DNA of 64,000 bases from Patescibacteria group bacterium (GTDB lineage Bacteria > Patescibacteriota > UBA1384 > CAJBMM01). Of this stretch, positions 30,241 through 39,191 are shown piece after piece. A model generated the notes under the pieces. The model was not told the DNA's origin and made no database searches. It saw only the letters and a program-made list of their open reading frames with translations. The first letter of the stretch is position 1. The number at the start of each line of letters is the position of its first letter. The stretch lies in the NCBI GenBank assembly GCA_041660565.1, contig JBAZWC010000002.1:149520-213519 (forward strand), read 5' to 3'. A program made the translations under genes and the position numbers.

Positions 30241-30269
30241 TTGACCAAACCACCATATGGTGGTATTTT
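30241..30269 (+). promoter_or_regulatory. Sigma70 promoter with perfect 16-bp palindrome in the spacer
   Basis: TTGACC-17-TATTTT; ACCACCATATGGTGGT at 30249-30264. Confidence 0.55.
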
Positions 30270-30292
30270 GTTGTTGGAAGGGAGACGGACTA

Positions 30293-30499
30293 ATGGACGA
30301 AGTGTCTGGAGTAGTGAAGGGCATTGATCCGACCATGGGTCATATCGCCGTGGACGTTCTCGACGAAGGCATCCGACACGTTGTTCGCGCAAAGGTGCGT
30401 GATAAGGTCTCAGAAGGCGATCCGGTGGTGGTAACCAGAGCTCGCGGAACCGAGATCATCACAAGCGTTCGTCTGGCAAACTCGGGCGTTAGCAGGTAG
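30293..30499 (+). CDS. Small GC-rich hypothetical protein, OB-fold-like
   Basis: SD AAGGGAG; beta-rich GVVKGID..VSEGDPVVV pattern. Confidence 0.5.
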   Translation: MDEVSGVVKGIDPTMGHIAVDVLDEGIRHVVRAKVRDKVSEGDPVVVTRARGTEIITSVRLANSGVSR

Positions 30500-30525
30500 C
30501 GACGCCACACTCCCTATTCAATCAT

Positions 30526-30577
30526 CGGCCGAAAATTTCGGCCGCTCCACGACGGCCGGCCTCCGGTCGTCTTTTCT
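30526..30577 (+). terminator. Intrinsic terminator (two hairpins + U tract)
   Basis: cggccgaaaatttcggccg; gacggccggcctccggtcgtc ttttctt. Confidence 0.65.
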
Positions 30578-30623
30578 TAACAAAAAAGGATTGAGTATTT
30601 AATCAATCCTCTATTCTCCACAT

Positions 30624-30775
30624 TCCAAATTGGCTTGCCATTCCGAAGCGCTAGCGAAGGATGGCGGAGAGGTATCCTACGCAAATGCTACGGAATACCA
30701 ATTCTCCTTTTCCTTCACTAATCGCTCCAAAATGGCTTGCCATTCCGAAGCGTTAGCGAAGGATGGCGGAGAGGG
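30624..30775 (-). repeat. tRNA-Ser-linked trailer repeat (copy B, about 1.5 units)
   Basis: Full 102-bp unit plus a partial second unit 3' of tRNA-Ser(TGA). Confidence 0.92.
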
Positions 30776-30853
30776 TGGGATTCGAACCCACGAGGAGCTT
30801 GCACCCCTGACAGTTTTCAAGACTGCTGCACTAGACCACTATGCGACCTCTCC
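30764..30853 (-). tRNA. tRNA-Ser(TGA)
   Basis: GGAGAGG/CCTCTCC, GCAGT-CTTGAAA-ACTGT, long variable arm, GCCA. Confidence 0.95.
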
Positions 30854-30991
30854 ATTAATATAATCATAACATAAATTAACATCTGCGTCTATTAACGCGA
30901 AAACAACATTATAAATAATCGAATTAGTCACATTTTTTGTTAACAAAACCGACCCAGAACCACTGGCGAATGAAAAATTATTCATTAGCCG

Positions 30992-32206
30992 TTAGTTATT
31001 AGCTTGAATAATTTCTAGATATTTCTCGGCGCTAGGGAAAGTACCGCCGCTATTAGTCTTGCTCATGTCTGTGCGGAAATCATCAAACGTATAACGGGTA
31101 AAGAAAATGCGCTCGGCTCCAGCCGCAATCGCACCAGACACGCTAGTCTTAGTACTTTGGTAATTTTCTTCCCCGGTAGTACCGTAAAATGCCTCGGCTT
31201 CTGTGACCCAAATTGGCTTGGCTGTCACACCAGCATCTGAGAGCATTTTTTTGTACGCAGCCACATTAAAATCATGAGTCATACGATCATTAGAAATGCA
31301 ATGAACGTTGCCGATATCAAACGACGTCAACGCTTCAGCGTTAGTAAATACTTGACGATAAAAATTCAGCATCCGGCTATCTGCACCTGCCGCGCCAGCG
31401 ATTAAAACGTTCGCATTTGTGTCAGATTTCTTTACCGCTTGGTATGTTTTAACTAGCAACTGAGCGTATTCATCTGGTCCTTGTTTATAAAAATTCAGAC
31501 TACTTTCACCTGCCTGCGGTAGATTGTTTTGATATTGTAAATCGGGCTCATTCATTACTTCCCAGTACTTTACCGGCATTACCAGCCCGGGCATATCGTT
31601 TACCCCATCGCCGTCGTACCGCTCTACAATTTTTTGCACAAAAGTTTGGTACGCTACCCAGTCGCTCGGATTACATCGATACTGGGGAATATATGCTCCG
31701 CGACCCTTTTTATCATTCTTAGACAAAAACTCATCATTATCACCAACTTTGCAGGCTACGGGGTTGGTAAGTTTTTGTTGATCCCAATCTGCAAACGGCC
31801 AGATTGTTACCATTATTGCCACATTATTTTTCGAATAATTCTGGATTTCTTGATCGGCTAGGGTAAAATCGATCTCGCTACTAGCTGATTTCTGCATTGC
31901 ATCCCATACAAACGAACCGGGGTGCGGCCGAACCCACGCACCTCCTCGATCGATAATCGTCGACCCATCGTCTTCAGCGCCACCACCTAACCAACCAAAT
32001 TTATTTGTCAAAATCTTTTGTGATATTGATACAGGCGCGCCTGAGCTGGCGGTTGCGGATGCAGCGGTAGAGGTGCTATTTTTCTCGTTGCCTGACCGGT
32101 CTTTGACAACAAAAAACCAGATTAAAAATCCGGCGACTATTAGTACAAGTAAAGAGACGAACACCCACAACCATACCCTTGAACCATTTTGTTTATTTTC
32201 ATCCAT
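30992..32206 (-). CDS. N-terminally anchored glycoside hydrolase, GH39/clan GH-A-like
   Basis: TM + Ser/Thr linker; VERYDGDG, YWEVMNEPD, FDIGNVH, KPIWVTE. Confidence 0.75.
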   Translation of the reverse strand: MDENKQNGSRVWLWVFVSLLVLIVAGFLIWFFVVKDRSGNEKNSTSTAASATASSGAPVSISQKILTNKFGWLGGGAEDDGSTIIDRGGAWVRPHPGSFVWDAMQKSASSEIDFTLADQEIQNYSKNNVAIMVTIWPFADWDQQKLTNPVACKVGDNDEFLSKNDKKGRGAYIPQYRCNPSDWVAYQTFVQKIVERYDGDGVNDMPGLVMPVKYWEVMNEPDLQYQNNLPQAGESSLNFYKQGPDEYAQLLVKTYQAVKKSDTNANVLIAGAAGADSRMLNFYRQVFTNAEALTSFDIGNVHCISNDRMTHDFNVAAYKKMLSDAGVTAKPIWVTEAEAFYGTTGEENYQSTKTSVSGAIAAGAERIFFTRYTFDDFRTDMSKTNSGGTFPSAEKYLEIIQANN

Positions 32207-32241
32207 ATTTCCCTCCCTTGTTTAATTATACAACCATATTT

Positions 32242-32274
32242 CAGCCCTGTACCAGAGTTGGCACAGGGCTGTTT
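32242..32274. terminator. Hairpin terminator after the lipoprotein gene
   Basis: cagccctgt accagagttggc acagggctg with flanking T tracts. Confidence 0.55.
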
Positions 32275-32293
32275 CAGACATTGCGCTTAAAGT

Positions 32294-34069
32294 TCAGCGC
32301 TTCACCGGCGCCAGCGTCATCGTCCCACCCGGGACTAGTTTGGCGCCAAGGTTGACCGATCGCGGTGTTGACGGTCCCGACCCGTCCTTGTCTAGCAGTT
32401 GGAACCGCTTATGGGACGAGAACGGCCGATTGGCGCTGTCAGTACCATTCACCCACAGGTCAATGGTCTTGGCATGGGAATCGTACGATGTGTTTCCATA
32501 CGAATTCCAGTACTTGTCGAAAGTACACCCGATGAGCGGCAACGCATACTCGCCGTCTCGCGGCACCGTTATGTCAACCAGCGTCCGGGTATCTGGGAAA
32601 TACCCGCCGAAGAAATTGGTAGCGTACCACTGCCTCCAATATTCGGTTCCGCTCCGGTTGGAGGTTTTGAAGATGATCTCGTTAACATGGTAAGGTGCAC
32701 CGACCGTTTGCCCTCCCAACAGGTCAACGTAATAGTTCCAGCCGCTGTCAGTCGGCTTGCCGTAGTTGGTGCCGATAACAGTGATAGATGGGCCATTATT
32801 CAGCTTGGTGGCGATCAGTAAGTCAATCAACTTGTTGCTTAGACTGACGGACCAGAAATCCGTATGACCGCAACCCCACCTCCGGCTCGTATCGCGCGGC
32901 CCAAGCGTTGCTCCATCGGGCAGATGAGCGGCGCTCCCCACGGTAACAAACTGGTCATTGGTCCCACCAACCGTGTAGTATGACACGCTGTTCAGATGAT
33001 TGGTCGGGTAGTCCAGATCGTGGATGAAAGTGGACCAAGTCAGCATCTGCGTGATCGATAGCGCGATGGACTTGAGGCTGGACCACTGGCAGTCGGCGCT
33101 TTCCGGATTCATCACAGCGTCGTCACGCAGGGCAGTCAGAATCACATCAGCTTGTAACGACCCTGCGTTAGGTGTGGCCAACATGACCAGTTCTTGGACA
33201 TGATTCGACGCCCTATCTGACAGGTCAGTGTCTTGCTCAAGAGCGTAGCGAGACACCAAACCGCCCATAGAATGGGCAATCATGACGACCCGCTGTTCTT
33301 TTGGTTGTAGTTTGAGTAGGCGATTCAGCTCTTGTGCGTTCAGTGTGATATCGATCGCCCATGGATATTCGAAGGCATAAACCGCCTTGAATCCCCCTTG
33401 ACTGACAAGCGCCTGAGCAGTTGACTTCAGTTTGGAAGCGTCAGTCCACATACCGTGTACTAGCAACGCCACTCGACCGGTCGACGGGAAGACATGAGCG
33501 TCTCCTGTACCTGCAAGTAGCGAAATCTGGCAGACGGTTTCCTTTTGGTCAGAAAACGCAAGCAAGACGCCGTAGATGATAAACTGCGCCACGCCGCGGC
33601 TGGAGGATGACACTGGCATGGCAATCGTGGCCTTGCCGCCGGACTCGGTAACGTCTGCCCACTTCCACGTGGTACCATCAGACAAACGATACGCGCCCAC
33701 CAACACCGTGTTGGCTGGGTGAGTTGATGGCATGGACACAGTTGCCACACCATCGTTCACCGTCGTCGCCGTCTTGGCTTCGAACGCCAGTATCGGATTC
33801 GGAGCCGATGGTGGTTTGGACGGGATTGACGCGCCCTTGTACACCGTCGCGGTTACCGTGCCATTGGCATTCAACACGCCCGATGGGACAGAGACCGAGA
33901 CGCCGGTTGCACCTACATCAATCGTACCACCCGACGGAGTCATATCCTTGGTCACCGAGAACTTGTTCGACGCTGGCGGGGCGGGCGTTCCGCCTCCTCC
34001 ACCGCCACATCCAGACAACGTCGGCGCTGTGAACAACACGCCGATCAAGCAGACCCACGAAAGCTTCAT
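32294..34069 (-). CDS. GC-rich lipoprotein with alpha/beta hydrolase (PGAP1/lipase-like) domain
   Basis: Lipobox LSGC + poly-G, ZU5-like beta region, LLVHG, AHSMGG nucleophile elbow, ATPNAGS. Confidence 0.75.
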   Translation of the reverse strand: MKLSWVCLIGVLFTAPTLSGCGGGGGGTPAPPASNKFSVTKDMTPSGGTIDVGATGVSVSVPSGVLNANGTVTATVYKGASIPSKPPSAPNPILAFEAKTATTVNDGVATVSMPSTHPANTVLVGAYRLSDGTTWKWADVTESGGKATIAMPVSSSSRGVAQFIIYGVLLAFSDQKETVCQISLLAGTGDAHVFPSTGRVALLVHGMWTDASKLKSTAQALVSQGGFKAVYAFEYPWAIDITLNAQELNRLLKLQPKEQRVVMIAHSMGGLVSRYALEQDTDLSDRASNHVQELVMLATPNAGSLQADVILTALRDDAVMNPESADCQWSSLKSIALSITQMLTWSTFIHDLDYPTNHLNSVSYYTVGGTNDQFVTVGSAAHLPDGATLGPRDTSRRWGCGHTDFWSVSLSNKLIDLLIATKLNNGPSITVIGTNYGKPTDSGWNYYVDLLGGQTVGAPYHVNEIIFKTSNRSGTEYWRQWYATNFFGGYFPDTRTLVDITVPRDGEYALPLIGCTFDKYWNSYGNTSYDSHAKTIDLWVNGTDSANRPFSSHKRFQLLDKDGSGPSTPRSVNLGAKLVPGGTMTLAPVKR

Positions 34070-34216
34070 AGTCTCTCTCCCCCGAGAAAAGTGTTGTTCA
34101 CGTACACTAGCTCAGCCATTACATCAACTTTGTTATAGCAGAAAAATGCATACCTGTCACGAAACTTTTGACTTTTTTTACATCATTCTTTACACTTAAA
34201 TAAATAAGGAGGGCAA

Positions 34217-34801
34217 ATGCATGTTCCCATAGAGAACATCGTTTCGGTTAGTTCTATGAAGGATAAATTAGAGAAGGCTGTTAATGATATGGGGCGTGAT
34301 GATATTTACGTCATCACTCACGGCGATAAGCCAGCTGCTGCGTTAGTTAGCATGGATCATCTTAAAAGTTTGATGAACAAAAGCGGCGAGAATGTTGATG
34401 TTCCGGCGCCAAAACCATCATCACCTTTGCCTCCACCGCCATCATTTAACTCAAACCCAACTCCGCCACCAGCTCCGATGGCGCCAAAACCATTACCGCC
34501 GCTACCGCCACTGCCTCCTTTGCCACCGGCACCTAAACCGATGATCGATGAGAAACCGGCCGATGCGCCGCTAGTAACTGAAAAAGAAGCCGACAAAGCG
34601 GTCTCAACCGGCACAGTTCTACCACCGCTACCTCCTTTGCCTCCTATCGGATCGACCCCAACTCCTCCACCAGCACCTAAACCATTTGCTCCTGAGCCAC
34701 CAAAAGTGACATCACCGTTTAGTAATTTGCCAAGCGCAGACATCAACGCTTCCAAACCGGCCGACGAGCCAGAGGAAGAAGATGGGGATAGCATACTATA
34801 G
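34217..34801 (+). CDS. Phd/YefM-like N-terminal domain fused to a proline-rich tail
   Basis: IVSVSSMK..L, YVITHGDKPAAALVS; then PPLPPLPPLPP tracts and an acidic end; SD AGGAGG. Confidence 0.65.
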   Translation: MHVPIENIVSVSSMKDKLEKAVNDMGRDDIYVITHGDKPAAALVSMDHLKSLMNKSGENVDVPAPKPSSPLPPPPSFNSNPTPPPAPMAPKPLPPLPPLPPLPPAPKPMIDEKPADAPLVTEKEADKAVSTGTVLPPLPPLPPIGSTPTPPPAPKPFAPEPPKVTSPFSNLPSADINASKPADEPEEEDGDSIL

Positions 34802-34847
34802 TAAAATTTTAAATTCTAAATTTTTAATATTAAAACAATGATGAAGA

Positions 34848-34872
34848 GCGGACCGAAACGTCCGCTTTTCTT
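34848..34872 (+). terminator. Intrinsic terminator
   Basis: AGCGGAC cgaaac GTCCGCT tttc. Confidence 0.65.
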
Positions 34873-34907
34873 GTGTTTTTGTGCTACATTAATAGAAAAG
34901 GAGAGTT

Positions 34908-35294
34908 ATGAACGAACAAGGATTTGGATCACCGGAAAAAGAAGTAAAAAGCCCTGAAGAGGCTAGAGCGGAGGCAGCTGATCGAGATTTGCGAAAGCTG
35001 GCCGAGTTAAGAGAATCCGGAGAGATCGAACCAGAAGATTTTCCGATCGACACTCTATTACAGCTTAATGAATACGACCAGCCAGTGGCTCGCAAAGATG
35101 CTGGGAATCAGGCAATCGTGATTAACCCTGGCCAATTCGAAGAGTTAGGATACATTGACTTTGTTGGGGCGGGCGGAGAGTTAATTACACTCGACTTTGA
35201 AGATCAAGTTACAACGCACCCGCTGATAATTTTCCCATCCGAACTCGGCGACTTACCAGAAAATGTCATTCCGGGCCCGGCTCAGAATTTATAA
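34908..35294 (+). CDS. Acidic hypothetical protein
   Basis: SD AAGGAG; 128-aa ORF; its 3' end overlaps the convergent HNH gene. Confidence 0.55.
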   Translation: MNEQGFGSPEKEVKSPEEARAEAADRDLRKLAELRESGEIEPEDFPIDTLLQLNEYDQPVARKDAGNQAIVINPGQFEELGYIDFVGAGGELITLDFEDQVTTHPLIIFPSELGDLPENVIPGPAQNL

Positions 35295-35793
35295 TAATAA
35301 AGTTTACTTTTCCAGCATAATTATCTCGCACAGTGTATATCCCAAGGCTATGCCCGGCTTGATAGCCATTTATCGTGTTTGGGAGAGCTTGAATAGAATA
35401 TGAGTTACACAGACTGTTGAGTCTGATTAATTCTTGAAAATCCGTATCGTTTGAGACGACTACTACTCGGTTAGATACCAGCAGTACTCGTACTATTTCA
35501 GGATTAATTTGATTAAGTAACATGTCAATCTTATTCTTGACGGTGATATTCAGCTGTTCGACATTGCCTTTTCCTCGATTGCATAATAGACACAGGGTTT
35601 GATAGTTATTCAGATCTCCCGATCCCCCCTTGGAGAAAGGCTTAATGTGGTCAGCCTCCAGTTTGACCGCGTCGATCTCCAACTCAGGGTATAAAGAAGG
35701 AGACTTGCCACAAGACCGACAAGTAAAATTATCCCGTTGCAAAATTTGTAATCTTTTTTTGGCCGAAACAGGTGGCCGGCGCTTATTCTCCAT
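35266..35793 (-). CDS. HNH endonuclease with C-terminal extension
   Basis: ILQRDNFTCRSCG, ADHIKPFSKGG, NYQTLCLLCNRGK. Confidence 0.88.
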   Translation of the reverse strand: MENKRRPPVSAKKRLQILQRDNFTCRSCGKSPSLYPELEIDAVKLEADHIKPFSKGGSGDLNNYQTLCLLCNRGKGNVEQLNITVKNKIDMLLNQINPEIVRVLLVSNRVVVVSNDTDFQELIRLNSLCNSYSIQALPNTINGYQAGHSLGIYTVRDNYAGKVNFIIINSEPGPE

Positions 35794-35797
35794 TTGT

Positions 35798-36280
35798 TTA
35801 AAATCCCTTAACGATATCAACTTCTTTTTCTAGCACCGTGTCGCCCTCACCAAAGACAAACTTGGCTTTTAGCTTTTTGCCCTCTATTACCTGCGGCAAC
35901 CAAAAAATATCGTCTGGCCACATTTCTTTATATGGTAGCTTATTTACCTCAAACCATTTTGGAGACATCTCTTCAGATTCGGTTGGCTCCCCTGTCCACT
36001 TTTCGCACAAATAAGCATAGACAATTTGATTCCACTCCGGTTTATGCGGAAAAGTAAAATCTATTTCCGCAACTTTGTCTAAATCTTTTACATCAACATC
36101 AATTTCTTCTTTGGCTTCTCTAATAGCAGCTTGTTCCACCGTCTCACCTTCGTCAATTTTGCCACCAACCCCGTTCCAACGATTAACCCCGAACCCGCGC
36201 TTTTTCATCGCCAGACAAATTTGGGTTATCTTTCCCCCATCACGTTTGATTAGAAATACCAACGTAGCATTTTTCATCAT
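35798..36280 (-). CDS. NUDIX 8-oxo-dGTPase (MTH1-like)
   Basis: KKRGFG..WNGVGGK, REAKEE, ESEEMSPKWF, MWPDD.FW. Confidence 0.9.
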   Translation of the reverse strand: MMKNATLVFLIKRDGGKITQICLAMKKRGFGVNRWNGVGGKIDEGETVEQAAIREAKEEIDVDVKDLDKVAEIDFTFPHKPEWNQIVYAYLCEKWTGEPTESEEMSPKWFEVNKLPYKEMWPDDIFWLPQVIEGKKLKAKFVFGEGDTVLEKEVDIVKGF

Positions 36281-36630
36281 CAGCCTTTCGTGATATTATT
36301 CTCCGCGTTTTTGTGGTTGTATTTAGCTAAAATCTCGGTTTTAACCTGATTAAATGCACTTTCGATATCCACATCTAGCTGATTAGCCAACCGGCACGTC
36401 GCAAAAAACAGATCACCGATACCGTCTACAAATATCTCTTTATTTTCTTGCACAAATTTGATGCGCTCCGGCTCAGACTTGTATCGCAAATGCTGTGACA
36501 TTTCAATCAACTCTTCATGCAAGTGATCAAATTTATCGACGTTGGGCACGTCTTTCCAGCCGTTTCGTTCGGCAAAAAACCGCAGCAACTCCTGCGCCTC
36601 TTTCAAGGTGGAAATTCGCTTATCTTTCAT
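36280..36630 (-). CDS. MazG-like nucleotide pyrophosphohydrolase
   Basis: ERNGW, LHEELIE, GIGDLFF..RLANQLDVD. Confidence 0.75.
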   Translation of the reverse strand: MKDKRISTLKEAQELLRFFAERNGWKDVPNVDKFDHLHEELIEMSQHLRYKSEPERIKFVQENKEIFVDGIGDLFFATCRLANQLDVDIESAFNQVKTEILAKYNHKNAENNITKG

Positions 36631-36644
36631 TTATACTCCAACAT

Positions 36645-37193
36645 TTATTCAATAACATAATCCCAACCCGGTTGCCAAGCTTTTCTTTTGCGCCAATCTT
36701 CCGCAAACGCCTGCTCCCATGATTTACCCTTGAGTAATACATCAAGCGCTAATTGCGGCGCTTTGTGAGCAACTATAGCCACAGTTTTGCCATCATAGTC
36801 ATCTTTTAGGAAACTGACGAAATTGGATATACGATTTTTAACATCCTCGTAACTCTCGCCTTCTGGAAATGGCTCGGAAATGCACTTTTCTTGCATGGGC
36901 TCGACAATTTCTGATGATTGAGCGTTAAATTTTCCATAATTGCACTCTCTTAACCGCTCGTCTATTACGATCGGCACGATCCCCTTGAAAGTCAAGTTTG
37001 CAGAGTCAATGGCTCGTTTTAAATCGGAGCAGAACACTGCATCAAACTTCTTACCCACGATTTGCTCTTTGAGATCAATTGACTGCTTGACGCCTAAGCC
37101 TGATAAGCCAACATCAAACCAACCAGACGACACCCCTTTTTCATTGTCTGTTGTAGTGCCATGAACGAAATAAGTAATGTTTATCGACATCAC
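36645..37193 (-). CDS. Histidine phosphatase family protein
   Basis: YFVHG (RHG variant), SDLKRA, RLRECNYG, GESY, IVAH. Confidence 0.85.
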   Translation of the reverse strand: MMSINITYFVHGTTTDNEKGVSSGWFDVGLSGLGVKQSIDLKEQIVGKKFDAVFCSDLKRAIDSANLTFKGIVPIVIDERLRECNYGKFNAQSSEIVEPMQEKCISEPFPEGESYEDVKNRISNFVSFLKDDYDGKTVAIVAHKAPQLALDVLLKGKSWEQAFAEDWRKRKAWQPGWDYVIE

Positions 37194-37972
37194 GATTTCT
37201 TTTCTAATTGCTTAACCAAATCCTTAACTCGTTCGTGGGCGTAAAGCCGGCCGGTTTCACGAATCCGAGGCATTTGCGAAAAGTCATACCAACTGAACTC
37301 TTGTACCATCGGTGTAAAGACAAAATCTGCCTTGTCTAGCTCGTAAGCGTTGATACGGCTTTCCATAATATCAAACGCGCGCGAGGCAATTTGCACTCGG
37401 CTGGGGCGACGCAGTTGTTTATTAAAATCCGCTAGTTTATATACCGATGATACGATCACAAAACCAACTCCTTGATCTTTTAATGGGCTAACAGGCAAGT
37501 TTAGGCTGATTCCCCCATCTATATAGTGATGCTCACCCACTTTTTGTATTGGGAATAACCCCGGATACGCGGCCGAAGCGATGACGCACTTAACCGGATC
37601 TCCGGTAGTAAACAATTTAACCTCACCGCTAATAATATCGGTAGCAACACACGAAAAATGAATTGGCAGCTGGTCAAATCGATCAACTTTTACAATCTTG
37701 CGAATAATTTCTTCCAGTTGTTTGAATATTCTTTCCGGACGGCGCAGGCGGATGACGTTCTTAAACGTAAAAATGCCCAGCTTATCCAGTTGGACAAAAA
37801 ATTCATCTATACCATCACTACCTTTCGCAGCGTATAAAACGCCCGCGATTGCACCTACCGATGTACCGCAAACACTGTTTATTTTGATGTGATTTTTCTC
37901 TAGACTTTCAATCACACCGGCGTGTGCCGCGCCCAGAACTCCCCCACTACTTAACGCTAATCCAATTTTCAT
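37190..37972 (-). CDS. Patatin-like phospholipase
   Basis: LALSSGG..GAAH, GTSVG, DGG. Confidence 0.9.
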   Translation of the reverse strand: MKIGLALSSGGVLGAAHAGVIESLEKNHIKINSVCGTSVGAIAGVLYAAKGSDGIDEFFVQLDKLGIFTFKNVIRLRRPERIFKQLEEIIRKIVKVDRFDQLPIHFSCVATDIISGEVKLFTTGDPVKCVIASAAYPGLFPIQKVGEHHYIDGGISLNLPVSPLKDQGVGFVIVSSVYKLADFNKQLRRPSRVQIASRAFDIMESRINAYELDKADFVFTPMVQEFSWYDFSQMPRIRETGRLYAHERVKDLVKQLEKKS

Positions 37973-38017
37973 AAGTTAATAATATCATAATATGAAATTA
38001 TTGAAGCGGTGGTGAAA

Positions 38018-38593
38018 TTATGATGGCTTTTGAATAATCAACTCTAATACCTTATGCTTATGCTCAACAGGTACGTAGTCAGTCCGTTCGAATACAACTT
38101 GATCAATGAGGCTAAATTTTGCAGTTAATCCCGCCACATCTTCTAGTTTATACGAATAATCGACTTTACCAGTTTTGTCAGATATTTCGATATTAAAATG
38201 AACAAAGAAATAGCCGTTTGGTTTTAGCGCTCTAACAATCTCCGAGATCGCTTTTTCTTTATCCACGTAGTGGATTACATTAATCATATAAAACGCATCT
38301 ACCGAATTGTCAGCAAGTTTCAATTTTTCTACATCTTGAACTTCAAACGTTAACTCCGGGTAATTTTTACGCGACAGGGCAACCTCATCGGTTTTGTTGT
38401 CGACCCCGATGGAACGAAATCCCATTTTGACAAAACAATCTACGTCGCGCCCATTTCCACATCCAATATCGACTAATAATCCGCCAAAGCCAACCTCTTT
38501 GAGAAATTTCGCAAAAGTCTCGGCATACACGGTTGGGTGGTTTTCCCAATGACGTCCATTAGAATATTTTTGGTAAAGTTTTTCTGATTTCAT
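38018..38593 (-). CDS. Class I SAM-dependent methyltransferase
   Basis: VDIGCGNGRD, GVD, LKPNG. Confidence 0.88.
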   Translation of the reverse strand: MKSEKLYQKYSNGRHWENHPTVYAETFAKFLKEVGFGGLLVDIGCGNGRDVDCFVKMGFRSIGVDNKTDEVALSRKNYPELTFEVQDVEKLKLADNSVDAFYMINVIHYVDKEKAISEIVRALKPNGYFFVHFNIEISDKTGKVDYSYKLEDVAGLTAKFSLIDQVVFERTDYVPVEHKHKVLELIIQKPS

Positions 38594-38615
38594 AGCGTAA
38601 TGTTAGCACATTTTG

Positions 38616-39191
38616 CTAGATAACTTGTAGGACGTCTGTTAGTTGTTTGATCCGGATGATGTTTTTGTGATCTGAAACGCCATGGTTCCACGGCCTGTCA
38701 AACAGCAACACCCTCACCCCGGAATTGGCGCATTTCTCTGCCCATTCCGGCGAATCGTCAATTATCAGATCAACTTTTTCACGTAAACAAACATCGTTTT
38801 TCTCTCCTCGTGCGTTACCGTCATTAGAAAAATGATGGGTCAAAATAATCTTAGAGAATCGTTGTGGAAAATGGCTGTCTAACCAGCTTGTAGTCTCAGC
38901 GGTTAACTGTGTTGGACGGGAAGTGATAACAATTAATTCGTGATCTTTTGATAATTTTTCCACCACGTCGACCGCTTTGTTCTGAGGTTGCAATGACTTA
39001 AGACTGCCCGATTGGTAAAACTTAAATACCTTATCGACTATCTCTGCGTGAGGGCGCTTGAACAACGGCTGTAAATCGTATTCAAGAACGTCTGATAATA
39101 CAAAACTCGTGCCGTCGTTTTCGTTGCAGTAGCGCAAAAACTCAGACACAAAGTCGGTTAGCACATCATCAAAATCAAAAGCAATTTTCAT
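38616..39191 (-). CDS. HAD 5'(3')-deoxyribonucleotidase-like protein
   Basis: DFDDVL, ITSR, WLDSHF, IIDD, FDRPWN. Confidence 0.88.
   Translation of the reverse strand: MKIAFDFDDVLTDFVSEFLRYCNENDGTSFVLSDVLEYDLQPLFKRPHAEIVDKVFKFYQSGSLKSLQPQNKAVDVVEKLSKDHELIVITSRPTQLTAETTSWLDSHFPQRFSKIILTHHFSNDGNARGEKNDVCLREKVDLIIDDSPEWAEKCANSGVRVLLFDRPWNHGVSDHKNIIRIKQLTDVLQVI

Noticed and set aside
29237-30775. tRNA trailer repeats as a CRISPR array
   Set aside because: The 'spacers' are identical, there are only 1-1.5 units per locus, and no cas genes are present
29269-30863. ORFs 29269..29502 and 30630..30863
   Set aside because: They overlap tRNAs and trailer repeats
34357-34794. Gly-rich minus-strand ORF
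   Set aside because: Antisense shadow of the Pro-rich gene
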